Positions 42,072 to 54,838 of a DNA stretch of 64,000 nt are shown piece after piece. A model generated the notes under the pieces. That model saw only the letters and a list, made by a program, of their open reading frames with translations. It was not told where the DNA came from and did not search any database. A program made the position numbers and the translations under genes. Positions within the stretch are counted from its first letter, which is position 1. Each line of letters begins with the position of its first letter. Source of the DNA: Octopus vulgaris (lineage: Eukaryota); the NCBI GenBank assembly GCA_951406725.2, contig OX597836.1:27466001-27530000 (forward strand), in the 5' to 3' direction.

Positions 42072-42173
42072 ATATTTAGCAGAAGCAACAGAGCGGCTCA
42101 GAGTGCGAGAGTTTCGTGCATTGACGCACGAAACTCTCGACTCTTGAGTCACTCTCTTGCTCCTGCTAAATAT
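42072..42173. repeat. Foldback hairpin (arms of about 47 bp) containing the 3' half of a hammerhead motif
   Basis: ...cgagagtttcgtgc-attgac-gcacgaaactctcg...; the right arm reads GCAC-GAAA-CTC...GAG-TC. Confidence 0.8.
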
Positions 42174-42175
42174 TA

Positions 42176-42210
<35 letters not shown>

Positions 42211-42217
42211 TATCTAC

Positions 42218-42321
<104 letters not shown>

Positions 42322-42629
42322 AATAATTAAATAAATATATATATTGAGAGAGAGAGAGAGAGAAGTGAAACAGAGAAGTATGGAGAGTAAGGGAAGGAGA
42401 GGCGGTAATGTAAATTTTTTTTTATGAGGACGAACAAAAAAGGTGAACGTAAATTTTAAAATGGATGGCTTCATAACTGGAGGGGGAAAAGGATAGTCCG
42501 TTTGTTAGTTAGTTAGTTAGTTAATTAATAAATTGGTTAGAAAGATATAGAGATAACTAGCTAGATAAATAGACAAAGAGAGAGAGAAAAAAGATAGACA
42601 GATAAAGAGATAGATAGACAGACATACAT

Positions 42630-42697
<68 letters not shown>

Positions 42698-42944
42698 ATG
42701 AATGGATGTGCTGCTGAACATGCATGTGATTCAGACCAAAAACGACAATAGTATATTCGTGTAGTCATTACATTCCAATCGATCGTTAGATGATCGATCT
42801 TTTGACTTATTGATTTTCCGTCACAGAACGTATGATAGCAATATAACATACAGACCTTCATGTAACAAGCACGGCGCTCTAATATACATCGGCACACACA
42901 CACACACACACATGACTATATTCATGAACATATAAATATTGAGA

Positions 42945-43040
<96 letters not shown>

Positions 43041-43112
43041 CGTATGCATGGAAGCACTTCTGCGGATAAACAAATTAGATATACTAAATATAACAGTTTG
43101 TGAATGAAATAC

Positions 43113-43518
43113 GTGGCTGTGTGGTAAGTAGCTTGCTAACCAACCACATGGTTCTGGGTTCAGTCCCACTGCGTGGCATCTTGGGCAAGTGTCTTCTGCT
43201 ATAGCCCCAGGCCGACCAATGCCTTGTGAGTGGATTTGGTAGACGGAAACTGAAAGAAGCCTGTCGTATATATGTATATATATATATGTATGTGTGTGTG
43301 TTGTGTGTCTGTGTTTGTTCCCCTAGCATTGCTTGACAACCGATGCTGGTGTGTTTACGTCCCCGTCACTTAGCGGTTCGGCAAAAAGAGACCGATAGAA
43401 TAAGTACTGGGCTTACAAAAAGAATAAGTCCCGGGGTCGAGTTGCTCGATTAAAGGCGGTGCTCCAGCATGGCCGCAGTCAAATGACTGAAACAAGTAAA
43501 AGAGTAAAGAGTAAAGAG
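43113..43518 (+). mobile_element. Full-length family A SINE
   Basis: gtggctgtgtggtaagtagc...ggttcagtccc...(TA/TG)n...ggcggtgctccagcatggccgcagtcaaatgactgaaacaag, with an agtaaag repeat tail. Confidence 0.92.
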
Positions 43519-43551
43519 ATATGTATACCGGCAAAACGAGAGAAAGCAAAA

Positions 43552-43881
43552 ATTGGAGACTTTCAGACGATGTATATTTTAGTATAGATATAAATATATA
43601 GATATTTATATTAATAAATCCAACTTACACAGAGTAGAAACGAAAGAGAAATTTTAAAGTGTTTGAGAAAGGTGTTACAATTCCAACAGCTGTTACTGGG
43701 GTTCGGAGATCATATTGATGAATTTCCGAACCCCCAGAGACTGCTGTTGGACTTATAACACCTTGCTTCCTCGCCTTTAATTTTCTCCGTCGTTTCTACT
43801 CTGTGTAAGCTGGATCTATTAATATAAATATCTATGTATTTATATTTATTCTTAAATATTCATCGTCTGAAAGTCTCCAAT
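43552..43881. repeat. Diverged foldback palindrome, arms of about 160 bp
   Basis: attggagactttcagacgatg... / ...catcgtctgaaagtctccaat; centre ctggggttcggaga-tcatattgatga-atttccgaacccccag. Confidence 0.88.
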
Positions 43882-44098
43882 GTATAAATATAGATATATT
43901 TTGTATTCCATGCCCAAGTTGTTATATTTAATATATACATAACTCGTTTCTCAGAAGAATTGCCTCCTTAATTGCTCAGCTTCATCCCTCTTATAGCTAT
44001 TCTTTACTCTGTGGAATTGATCCCCTGTAAAGACATCGGGGTCTAAGTTTGAGGTGTTTGATCACTACCAAATGTCTTCTATACTGAAAATCTCTGGA

Positions 44099-44129
<31 letters not shown>

Positions 44130-44185
44130 CTTTTATCGTTTATTGGCTGAACTGGCAAAATGACCATTCCGAAATACAACAATAT

Positions 44186-44352
44186 ACTTTTATCCTTTTA
44201 TTTGTTTCAGTCATTTGAGTGCGGCCATGCTGGAGCACCGCCTTTAGTCGAACAATTCGACCCAGGACTTATTCTTTGTAAGCCTAGTACTTAGGCTTTC
44301 TGTCTCTTTTGCGACACACCAGCATCGGTTGTCAAGCAATGGTGGGGGGCAA

Positions 44353-44387
<35 letters not shown>

Positions 44388-44557
44388 ATATATACGACGG
44401 GCTTCTTTCAATTTCCGTCTACAAAATCCACTCACAAGGCTTTGGTTGGCCCAAGGCTATAGTAGAAGACACTTGTCGAAGGTACGACGCAGTGGGACTG
44501 AACCTGGAACCATGTGGTTGGGAAGCAAGGTACTTACCACACAGCCACTCCTGCGCC
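44186..44557 (-). mobile_element. Near full-length family A SINE
   Basis: Reverse complement of the 43113-43518 type, with a small internal deletion. Confidence 0.9.
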
Positions 44558-44942
44558 TATATATATATATATATGCACGCACACATATGTATAAATATAT
44601 ACACGTATACATATACGTACACTCACTCACACATTTATATATATGTGTATTTATGTGTATTCTTACACACACATATGTGTATGTATATAATTATATCAAC
44701 AAATATTTGAGGCCTCCACCGTCACATCTTCAAAACGGAGTGGTTTTAGCATGTATTGCTGCCTGTGTGTTGCAGACAAGTTCTATGAATACGGATTCGA
44801 ATCATCCTTTAGAACACACGCTCGTAAATTTCTACATATCTAGTGTAGAAAATAAACTGTTAACAAGATCAAATATTTTAACATCAACAAGGTCTTTAGA
44901 CAACATAGCGGTCGTAATTGTCGCAGCAGCTGACGTTGAGGA

Positions 44943-45009
<67 letters not shown>

Positions 45010-45016
45010 TATAAGT

Positions 45017-45067
<51 letters not shown>

Positions 45068-45091
45068 TACATATATACACACACACACACC

Positions 45092-45131
<40 letters not shown>

Positions 45132-45494
45132 TTAGTTGGTACTAAAATCCAACCTTTAGAACTATACTAGTAAGAATAGCAATATAATACAATAAGTCCA
45201 TCTGTAGGCATTAACGTTCCATCGCGTCTGTTTACACCGAAGATATAAAAGTATGCAAATATATGGAGACAGAGAACATTCAAGGAGACACACAATGACA
45301 GCGGTAAAAATCGCTACTTAGAAGAGCGTTTACATTAACTCCTCCATAAATGGATCAGCAGAGATAGAAATCCTCAGAGCAAGAGAAATCGATAACGTTT
45401 ATTGCAATGCGTAGACCAAGCCATAGAACAGCAGAAGCGCACACGTTGTTACACTTATTAAAATACATAAGTAAAATACGTAAAGTGCAATTTA

Positions 45495-45793
45495 ATGGCT
45501 GTGTGGTTAGAAGTTTGCTTCAGAATCACATGGTTCAAGATTCAGTCCCACTGCGTAGCACTTTGGGCAAGTGCCTTCCACGATAGACCTAGGCTGACTA
45601 AAGCCTTGTGAGTGGTTTGGTTGACAAGAACTGAAAGAAACCGGTCGTGTATATACATACATACGTATGTATGTATGTATGTATGTATGTATGTATGTAT
45701 GTATGTATGTATATATATATATATGTATATATAAACATATATATATAGATGTATATATATACATATATACATATGTATATGCGTGTATGTGTA

Positions 45794-45834
<41 letters not shown>

Positions 45835-45858
45835 TATATACATATATATAAGTATACA

Positions 45859-45915
<57 letters not shown>

Positions 45916-46145
45916 ACATACATATAGTGTGTATGTGTACGTGTGTACGTATCTTTGTGTTCTTCATCACCGCTTGACAACCGTTGTTGGTTTGTTTACG
46001 TCCCCGTAATATAGCGGTCGAGAAAAACAAAGTGGTCGATAGAATAAGTATCAGGTTTAAAAATAAGCACCAAAAGTGATTTGTTTGACTAAAACCCTTC
46101 CAAGACATTGCTCCAGCATGGTCGCAGTTCAACGAATGAAACATC
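45495..46145 (+). mobile_element. Older family A SINE with expanded internal microsatellite
   Basis: Head ggctgtgtggttag at about 45497; 3' half cgcttgacaaccg...ctccagcatggtcgcag at 45970-46130. Confidence 0.8.
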
Positions 46146-46527
46146 TAAAACGTCATAAAAGAACCTCATAAAACGGAACGCAAAATGTGTTGCAGAAAAC
46201 TACAAATTAACCATAATATATTACAAAAACAGCAACACTTAAAGATGTCCTTATCAATAAATAACAATCCTCAAACAAGTAGAAGCACGAACAAGGAACC
46301 AATGACAAGAATGATTCATAAATTTGATTTGAAACGTTGAAGTTGTAAACTTTACGACTACAACTGTTTTATGGGCATAGACATGACATTTTCCCGCCGA
46401 TTCACTATATAACGGCAATGTCCTATAGTATTGATTCGCAACCCTTTGATTAATATTTTACTCCACTGGACCCCTTAGCTATTCGATATTTTTTTAATTA
46501 GCCCTATTATATTTTTTTTATTAAATA

Positions 46528-46924
46528 CTAGCAGTATCGCCCGGCGTTGCTCGGGTTTGTAAGGGAAATAACTATATAAGCATTTTTAGAGATGTAAAGT
46601 ATAATAGCCATCTCAATATGGCTAACCACAAAGGGGGGGGTGTTACTGTAGCTTTTTACGTTCTGAGATTTAATAATACATTTTTAGAGAGTTACTTCCC
46701 TTATATAATAGCAAAAAAATGCATTAAAAATGGGGGAAAATGATGGTAAATTTTTTTTTTAATCGTAGACTCATCGTAGACGCGCGCTAATATCCAGATG
46801 GGCTCGATATGAATCACGACTATAAGATACCCGCTTTTGGTTACTCTGCACCGCAAAATGTGGGAGTAGTTAGGAATCTAAAATGTAGGAGACAGACACA
46901 CAACTTCACTTTTATATATAAAGA
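46528..46924 (-). mobile_element. Non-autonomous Helitron
   Basis: Minus strand: A|TCTTTATATATAAAAG...CCCGAGCAACGCCGGG (hairpin) CGATACTG-CTAG|T. It has the 5' TC, 3' hairpin plus CTAG, an A/T insertion site and no TSD. Confidence 0.9.
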
Positions 46925-47383
46925 TTATCAGGAATTGTATTAAAAAATCGTCAAAATATTTTGTGTATTACAGAAGTATAAACCAATTTATTGCACGTAA
47001 ATTTTAATAATAAAATCTTAAATAGAACCCCAAAGGTCATACGGACCTCGGAGCAGAACCAGTTCCCTACAGCAAGTAGCACATATGGGACAGCAGATTT
47101 TGGACAATACATTTAAATGCTATAGAATTCACCACAAAGACAGAATATTAATGATGGAATCAATAGCGATAAAACAGCTTAAATCTGAAACCAGTGAAAC
47201 AGTCACGTAAACACGCGCCCGTACATGCAAACAAGAAGTGTTCACAGATATTCTAATTCTACATGAATGCATTGAGCACTTTTTAAAAAGTCTCTCTTCA
47301 GCGGACACCTTTCAATAACACACACGGCTTGGTCGGTTGCCTCCATGACACATGGTCACAGCAGATATAATATATATATATAT

Positions 47384-47458
<75 letters not shown>

Positions 47459-47531
47459 AATTTAGGGTAGCAAAAAATTCAATAGAAATTTATCGCTACC
47501 AGCGGCCTAGTGGAAAAGAGAAAATAGTCAA

Positions 47532-47571
<40 letters not shown>

Positions 47572-47575
<4 letters not shown>

Positions 47576-47783
47576 ACCTCGTGAGTACCGTTGGCGATTT
47601 TTTTCCTCTGTCTTCCCTTCTCGGAATCTTTCCTTCTCCTATGTTTCCGACGAAGAGCTCCGCTCGAAACGTTAAACCCTCCTTCTTCCCTTCTTTCCTG
47701 AGCGTCCAATAATACTTTATTTGTTCCACGTCCTCGCGTTGTTGTGTTTTGTTGTTTTTTTTTGTGTATTTTCTTGTTTGAAT

Positions 47784-47790
<7 letters not shown>
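47572..47790 (+). mobile_element. Penelope-type LTR fragment in (TA)n with minimal hammerhead at 47643-47677
   Basis: gttt-CCGACGA-A-GAGC-tcc-GCTC-GAAA-CGTT-aaac (helix I gttt/aaac; U4C core variant). Confidence 0.7.
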
Positions 47791-47821
<31 letters not shown>

Positions 47822-47995
47822 TGTGTGTCTTCACAACCGATGTTAGTGTGTTTATGTCCCTGCAACTTAGCGGATAGAATAAGTACTAGGCTTACAAAGA
47901 ATAAGTCCTGGGGCGATTTGTTCGACTAAAAGCGGTGCTCCAGCATGGACGCAGTCAAATGACTAAAACAAATAAATGAATTAAAGAATAAAAGA

Positions 47996-48027
<32 letters not shown>

Positions 48028-48270
48028 GCACACACAAATATATATCTGCACACGCACACGCACGCACACATGCACACAAACACACACACACACATGCATA
48101 TACATACGCCATCTCACCTACTCCAGTAGTGGAAAGGACGACTGCCTCATCACAGTCGTTACGGACACCTGCGAGCACACGTGCATCCCCTGACACTATC
48201 ACCCACCTTTTCTCTCCACCTCCCATTCCCTCGCACTATCTACTCCCCCCTCACTCGCTCACTCATTCAC

Positions 48271-48383
<113 letters not shown>

Positions 48384-48559
48384 AGCCCTTCACTGTCAGT
48401 TGTTGAGGTCTCAGTAGAAGAAATGGTACCTGCTATTAGGGCCTTAGTTGTGGTGTTATATGCTGCTGTAGTAACGGCAATAGTTTTACAGTCTGTTGTG
48501 GAGTTAACAGTAGTAGTGGTAGTGGTGGCAAAATTTACAGTTCATATAAGATTATTATT

Positions 48560-48584
48560 ATTATTATTGAGTGAGAGAGCAGTG

Positions 48585-48618
<34 letters not shown>

Positions 48619-48748
48619 GAAGTAGTAGTAGGAGTTGTGGTGGTAGTAGTGCTACTACAGGTGGTTTTGTTAGTAGTATTATTATTAGTTATAGTATAAA
48701 TAGTAGTAGTAGTAGTTGTTGTTGTTGTAGAAGTAGTAGTTGTGGTAA

Positions 48749-48784
<36 letters not shown>

Positions 48785-48881
48785 CACCAGCAGCAGTAGT
48801 GGTAGTAGTAAATATTAATAGTAGTGGAACTACCACATATGGTTTTTTTGTAGTACTAGTAGTAGTAGAAGTAGTAGTAGT

Positions 48882-48957
<76 letters not shown>

Positions 48958-49564
48958 ATAGTAGTAGTTGTGCCGTCACTTGTTGTTGTAGTTGTTGTCA
49001 AGGTGGTAGTGGTGGTGGTACCTACTGCTGCAGTAACGGTAGTTGTCTGTGAAGTAATCCCTTATCGTTGTGGTTATATGTGTAGCTGGAGGCGATCTGT
49101 TGTTGCGAATAGTGGTTGCAGTCTGGGTACCAGTTGCTGTGGTCGTGGCAGCTGTTGTAGTGATGGTGGTGGTGGTGGTGGTACTTCCTTGTGTTTATGC
49201 TAGCTGTTGTAGTTCTTGTCATTGTGATAGTGATAGTAGTTGCTGTTGTTATGGTAGTGGTAGTAGTAGTTGTGGTAGTAGTAGTTGTTGTGGTAGAAGT
49301 ACTAGTGTGACAGTAGAGGTCGTGTGTTGAGGGCAGTTGATGTAATATTTATTACAGTGTAGGCAGTGGTGGTGGATGTGGTGGTGGTGGATGTAGTTAT
49401 GGTGGTGGTACCTCCTATGTTTATGCTATCCGTTGTAGTGGTTGTAGCTGTTGTAGTTCTTGCCATTGTGATGGTAGTAGTAGTAATTGTTGTTATGGTG
49501 GTAGTAGTAGTAGTAGTAGTTGTTGTTGTTGTGGTAAAAATGGCAGTAGTAGTTGTGGTAGTAA

Positions 49565-49603
<39 letters not shown>

Positions 49604-50130
49604 CTGTTGTAGTTGTGGTAGTAGTAGTGTGACAGTAGAGGTCGTGTGTTGAGAGTGGTTGATATAATATAATATTGATTACAATGTAGGCAGTTGTAGT
49701 GGTGGTGGTGGTGGTAGTGGTGGTGGTGGATGTGGTGGTGGTGGATGTGGTGGATATAGTGGTGGTGGTGGTGATGGTGGTAGTAGTGGATGTGGTGGTG
49801 ATGTTGGATGTGGTGGTGGTGGTGGATGTGGTGGTGGATGTAGTGGTGGTGGTGGTGGTGGTGGTGGTGGTGGTGGTGGTGGTGGTGGTGGTGGTGGTGG
49901 TGGATGTGGTGGTGGTGGATGTGGTGGATGTGGTGGTAGTAGTGGATGTGGTGGTGATGTTGGATGTGGTGGTGGTGGTGGTGGTGGATGTGGTGGTGGA
50001 TGTAGTGGTGGTGGTGGTGGTGGTGGATGTGGTGGTGGTGGTGGTAGTGGTGGTGGAGGTGGTGGATGTAGTGGTGGTGGATGTGGTAGTGGTGGATGTG
50101 GTGGTGGTGGTGGTGGTTGTAGTAGTCAGC
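48560..50130 (+). repeat. Long degenerate trinucleotide tract (TTA/GTA/GCA/GTG) with an internal tandem duplication of about 325 bp
   Basis: gtgacagtagaggtcgtgtgttgag...tgtaggcagt occurs at about 49306 and 49629. Confidence 0.9.
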
Positions 50131-50309
50131 TAATCAAACGAAGTATTTATGTAACGATAAGAAATAAATCGGGTGGCTGCACATTAACATACACGCGTAC
50201 ACATGCATACACACACACACACACACACATGTACACGTGTGCGCACATGCGGGGAGAGATAATGGTGCATACGCGAAATAACGCACATGCATATATAGGA
50301 GCAAAGGGT

Positions 50310-50552
50310 AAAGACCCCCTTCGGTCACAAATGACCACGGTATTGCACCTAGAAAGTTCCCCTCCGAGGCACAAGTCCAGGCAAGGCTGTCTTATGGAAG
50401 CCCAGCAGCCACCCCTGCAAACCAGCCTCTCCTCTCCATGCTACTGATGTTATCCAAGGGAAAGGCAAAGGGGCCGATACAGCTTGGAACCCGTGATGTC
50501 GCAACGCATTTCTACAGCTGAGTGAACTGGAGCAACGTGAAATAAAGTGTCT
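50310..50552 (-). mobile_element. SINE related to 9024-9378, 5'-truncated
   Basis: Reverse of gacactttatttcacgttgctccagttcactcagctgtagaaatg...actttctaggtgcaa...tgaccgaagggggtc. Confidence 0.82.
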
Positions 50553-50569
50553 CTTCTAGTTTTTAATTA

Positions 50570-50776
50570 TTATAAATCTTCCACTGAGGAGGGAACAGAT
50601 TTTCATCATAATACCTTGATGACATTAGCAGCTGCTAATCACACGTGTGCTATTTTCCGCAGAAATGTGACATAATCGACATTTTCGGGTGCATCTTGAA
50701 GGATCTCGTCTTCATTCGGTATCTTGTAGAATCTCTTGCTCAGGTTTAGCAATCGCATAGCCTTCTAAGTGTGAAG
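50570..50776 (-). mobile_element. R4/Dong-like LINE fragment, CCHC zinc-knuckle region
   Basis: TSHLEGYAIAKPEQEI....RKCRLCHISAENSTRVISSC (compare EG..FAIQEQ..CRLC...E...HIISGC). Confidence 0.65.
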
Positions 50777-51239
50777 TACATACATACATACATACATACA
50801 TACATACATACATACATACATACATACATAAATACATACATACATACATACATACAACACATACATACACGCACATACATGCATACATACATACGTAAAG
50901 ACATACATACATACATACATACAAAGACATACATACATACATACATACATACATACATACAACACATATATACACGCACGTACATACGTAGACATGCATG
51001 CATACACATATATACATGCATATATAAATAGATACATAAATACATACCTAAATACATACATATAGACATACATACATACATACGTAAAGACATACATACA
51101 TACATACATAAATGCATAAATGCATATATCACACTTTACAAATCATAGTAGTAGTGGTGGTGGTGGTGGTAGTGGTGGTAGTGGTAATATAGATGGTGGT
51201 GATGGTGGGGTTGTTGGTAGTTGTGTTTAATAAAACTTG

Positions 51240-51832
51240 TAGAGAGTCTGCTGCTGTTTTTTGGTTGGTTGGTCAGCTGAAGAATTTTCTGTTCTTGAAG
51301 AGAAAGGCCTGTCTTTTGGATAAAGACTTAGTCATGTTAAATATACTGAGAGAGGCCTTCAACGATCGTGAGGCTTAGCATTTGGAGCGTCTTTGAGGAC
51401 TTCAACTGTGGCACACTCTGTTCTTGATATGGGTGTTGCTTAAGGTTTTTTTTTTTCTCTTTTCTGTTAAGAGAGATAAGTTTGGTACAGTTACATTGGA
51501 GGACGCTTTCCAGTTCTCTTTTTACGGGATTAGCACAAGCTTGGCCTGGGGTGTCCTTGGCTACATGTGAACGATACATGGTTGGGGAAAGTGAGGGAAG
51601 AATGAAGAATCGTGACGTCTGCAAATGAGCGACTATTTTGCTGGACGCAATGGCAGAAAAGGTTTAGAAGGAAGAGAGTTGAGGACAAAGCCAAAATTGT
51701 TGGGGACACCAAGTTTGATAAAGAATGGAGGCAGAAAGTGTTTGGTCAACACATGCTGTAATGGTGTGATTGGATGGGCAGCTACTGATCCAAGAAATGA
51801 GAGATCGATAGAATCCGTAGGCTGGAAGTTCT
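51240..51832 (-). mobile_element. Degenerate non-LTR reverse transcriptase fragment (CR1/Jockey-group-like)
   Basis: LPAYGFYRSLISWISSC.SN..I...VD..LS / GVP.. / PTILALSSTLFLL / SFADVTILHSS, corresponding to the RT GVPQG and YADD regions, frameshifted. Confidence 0.72.
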
Positions 51833-52071
51833 GGTAAGAGATTTGTATGCCGGACATGGTTGAACAATTTGTATGTACGTACGTATGTAAGTATGTATGT
51901 ATGTATGTATGTATGTATGTATGTATGTATGTATGTATGTATGTATGTACTTACGTACGTATGTATGTATGTATGTATGTATGTATGTATGTATGTATGT
52001 ATGTATGTATGTATGTATGTATGTATGTATGTATGTATGTATGGATGTATGTATGTACGTTTGTAAGTATG

Positions 52072-52102
<31 letters not shown>

Positions 52103-52251
52103 GTACGTACGTATGTATGTATGTACGTATGTATGCATGTATATATGTTTCTACGTTGAGCTACAACACAGCTTTCATCGAATTTCTTTTGAGTGAATGT
52201 CCATTGGTTAGAAACTTATCAGAATAGGTGTCCAGTAGATCTATCTTCGTA

Positions 52252-52478
52252 TTGGGTTGGTGCATAATTATTGTGGCTTTTTTTTCAATAATTTTTATTC
52301 AACAAAAACAATAACAGCATGTAGCAAAAATATTTTTATATGATTATTCCGGAGTATATTCACCATCTACTTCAATTACTGTTTCCCATTTGCTTAGCAG
52401 ATGGTCAGACCGTCATTTAAAGATGTTCGTGTTAAATATTGTTATTGGTTTTGGTGAAAAAAAGTCGCAATAATATGT
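52252..52478 (-). mobile_element. Mariner-derived MITE (same family as 21688-22188)
   Basis: TIR ttgggttggtgcataattattgtggc; interior is the reverse of gaccatctgctaagcaaatgggaaacagtaattgaagtagatggtgaatat. Confidence 0.82.
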
Positions 52479-53349
52479 ACGTGTGTGTGTATGTATGTAT
52501 GTATGTATGTATGTATGTATGTATGTATGTATGTATGTATGTATGTATGTATGTATGTATGTATGTATGTGTGTGTATGTATGTATGTATGTATGTATGT
52601 ATGTACGTACGTATGCATGTATGTACTTACGTACGTACGTACGTATGTATGTATGTATGTATGCATGTATGTATGTGTGTACGTATGTATGTATGTACGT
52701 ATGTATGTATGTATGTATGTATGCATGTATGTGTGTGCATATGTATGTAGTTATGTATGCATGTATGTACGTACGTACATATGTATGTATGTATGCATGT
52801 ATATATGTTTGTACGTACGTACGTACGTGTGTATGTATGTATGTATGTATGTATATAAGTACGTACTCATGTATGTAATGTATGTATGTATGTATGTACG
52901 TACGTATGTATGTAAGTATGTATGTATGTATGTATGTATGTATGTATGTATGTACGTACCAATGTACGTATGTACGTACTTACGTACGTACGTATGTGTG
53001 TATATTTCATCTGTTTTTTTTACAGATATTACGTTTTGTTCTGATGGTTTTCTGGTAATCTTCGACAACGACGAATGGCAACAATTATCTAGCAGCTGTG
53101 AAGTTACATAGATGGTGAGCTAGCGCTTTATAAGACCAACCCTAGTTCTTATTAGAACATCTGTCAAGGAGAAGGATACTCGGATGTAAGACACGAGGAC
53201 CACTCATCCTAAGGATGAGCTAGTTAAGGGCGAGAGGAAATACAGGAGAAAAATTAAGAAACACTCGGCCTAGAGCAGCCGTAACAACACGAACAATACC
53301 ATCGCCAGTACAAGCACCACTAGCAAGAACAATAACAGCAGCAGCATGT

Positions 53350-53660
53350 TGAGGCGCAATTGCCCAATGGTTAGGGCAGCGGACTCGCGGTTTCGATTCC
53401 CAGACCGGGCGTTGTGTGTGTTTATTGAGCGAAAACACCTAAAGCTACACGAGGCTCCGGCAGGGGGTGGTGGCGACCCCTGTTGTACTCTTTCGCTCCA
53501 ACTTTCTCTCACTCTTCCTTCCTGTTTCTTGTCCCCGACTTCCTGCGCAGCCGCTGAGCCTGGATGCGCATTCATCCATCCGTCGATGCTCTCGGTGTCG
53601 GGGGTTGACCTGCTTTCTCTTCTGTGGGTCTTACAATAGTACTGCGGGTCTTACGAATAT
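53350..53660 (+). mobile_element. Family R SINE with tail type 3
   Basis: Same head and body as 27118(-), 28031 and 41858(-) up to actttctctcactctt, then cttgtccccgacttcctgcgc...tgcgggtcttacgaata (end tandemly repeated). Confidence 0.85.
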
Positions 53661-54084
53661 CACTTCTCCCACTACAGGGACGAAGACCGCTTCGCTCAAC
53701 AGCAACAGCAGCAACAACAACAGCAACAGCAGCAACAGCAGCAACAGCAGCAGCCACTTCGGCAATATCGACAGATGAGAGTTCCACAATTTCTTGCTGA
53801 ACAACCAGCCTGTACAGATGTGTTTGTAGCTTATTAAAATGTTTCTGTTGTATGTTAGCTCCTCCCCCTGCCACCTCCAGCCAATCGACTACTTACAATG
53901 TACTGGTGCACAATCATGTCACACGTCAGATATCAAAGTAATCGTAGAGCAAGGTGAAATGAAGTGTTTTGCTCAAGAGCACAACGTACTGTCCGGTTCG
54001 GAAATCGAAACTTCGATTTTACGATCATTTGTCCGACACCCTAACCACCTGGCCACACATCTTTCTAACAGCCATAATGATTGA

Positions 54085-54378
54085 TAGTCCTTTCTATTAA
54101 AGGCACAAGGCCTGAAATTTTGGGGGAAGAGGACTAGTCGATCACATAGACCCCAGTGTTTCATTTACTTAATTTATCGACCCCGACAGGATGAAAGAAA
54201 AAAGTCGACCTCGGTGGAATTTGAACTCAGAATATAAAGACGGACGAAATACCGTTTAGCATTTTGCTTGGCGAGCTAACGATTCTTTTTTACTCTAGGC
54301 ACAAGGTCCGAAATTATGGGGGAGGGCGCCAGTCGATTAGATCGACCCCAGTACGCAACGGCTACTTAATTTATCGAT
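54085..54378 (-). mobile_element. MetaSINE-type SINE plus adjacent partial copy
   Basis: Reverse of gagttcaaattccaccgaggtcgac...ttcatcctgtcggggtcgataaattaag...atttcaggccttgtgcc. Confidence 0.8.
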
Positions 54379-54379
54379 A

Positions 54380-54838
54380 TCAGAGAATACACAGATTAGT
54401 TACGGTTCAGTTCAGTCCATTATCACTGAAGATTTGGTTATGAGACGCATTTCTACCAAGCTTGTGCCCAAACTGTTTTCAGCTGACCAAAAAGACACTC
54501 GGGGTTTCAGTTACATAAGATCTCCTTGATTGGGTCGAGAACAAGGAACACGTTTTAGAAACTTTGCGTAGGGCTCTGAGCAGGTATCGCCAAGCTTTTG
54601 GCAAAATTTGATGCAGATTCTCCGTTCAACTTTCTCTGTCATGGTCAATGCGACGATCACACGCTACACACCTTCCTTCCAAATAATGCTGTAAAGAGCG
54701 GAGTAAGCTGGAACATAAAAACTTAGTGCGCATATACAGCAAAGTTCAAGGTCAATCTATGTCAAGCGGCTTCAATCTGCATGCTTTAGTTTCGTTACTA
54801 TGGCAACAGTCCGGATATTTATTGATGAGACCACGTAT
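54380..54838 (+). mobile_element. Mariner deletion derivative (HTH/WVPxxL region plus right end)
   Basis: SVQSIITEDLVMRRISTKLVPKLFSADQKDTR; end agtccggatatttattgatgagaccacg-ta. Confidence 0.7.

Noticed and set aside
45220-47200. Further Penelope GIY-YIG remnants (about 45300-45350 and 47090-47190)
   Set aside because: Only a few motif-like residues (ESVYIN, MESIAIKQLK); too decayed to delimit.
53270-53840. PolyQ or Ser/Asn-rich coding exon
   Set aside because: Degenerate CAG/CAA repeat split by a SINE; all frames close quickly; no convincing splice sites.
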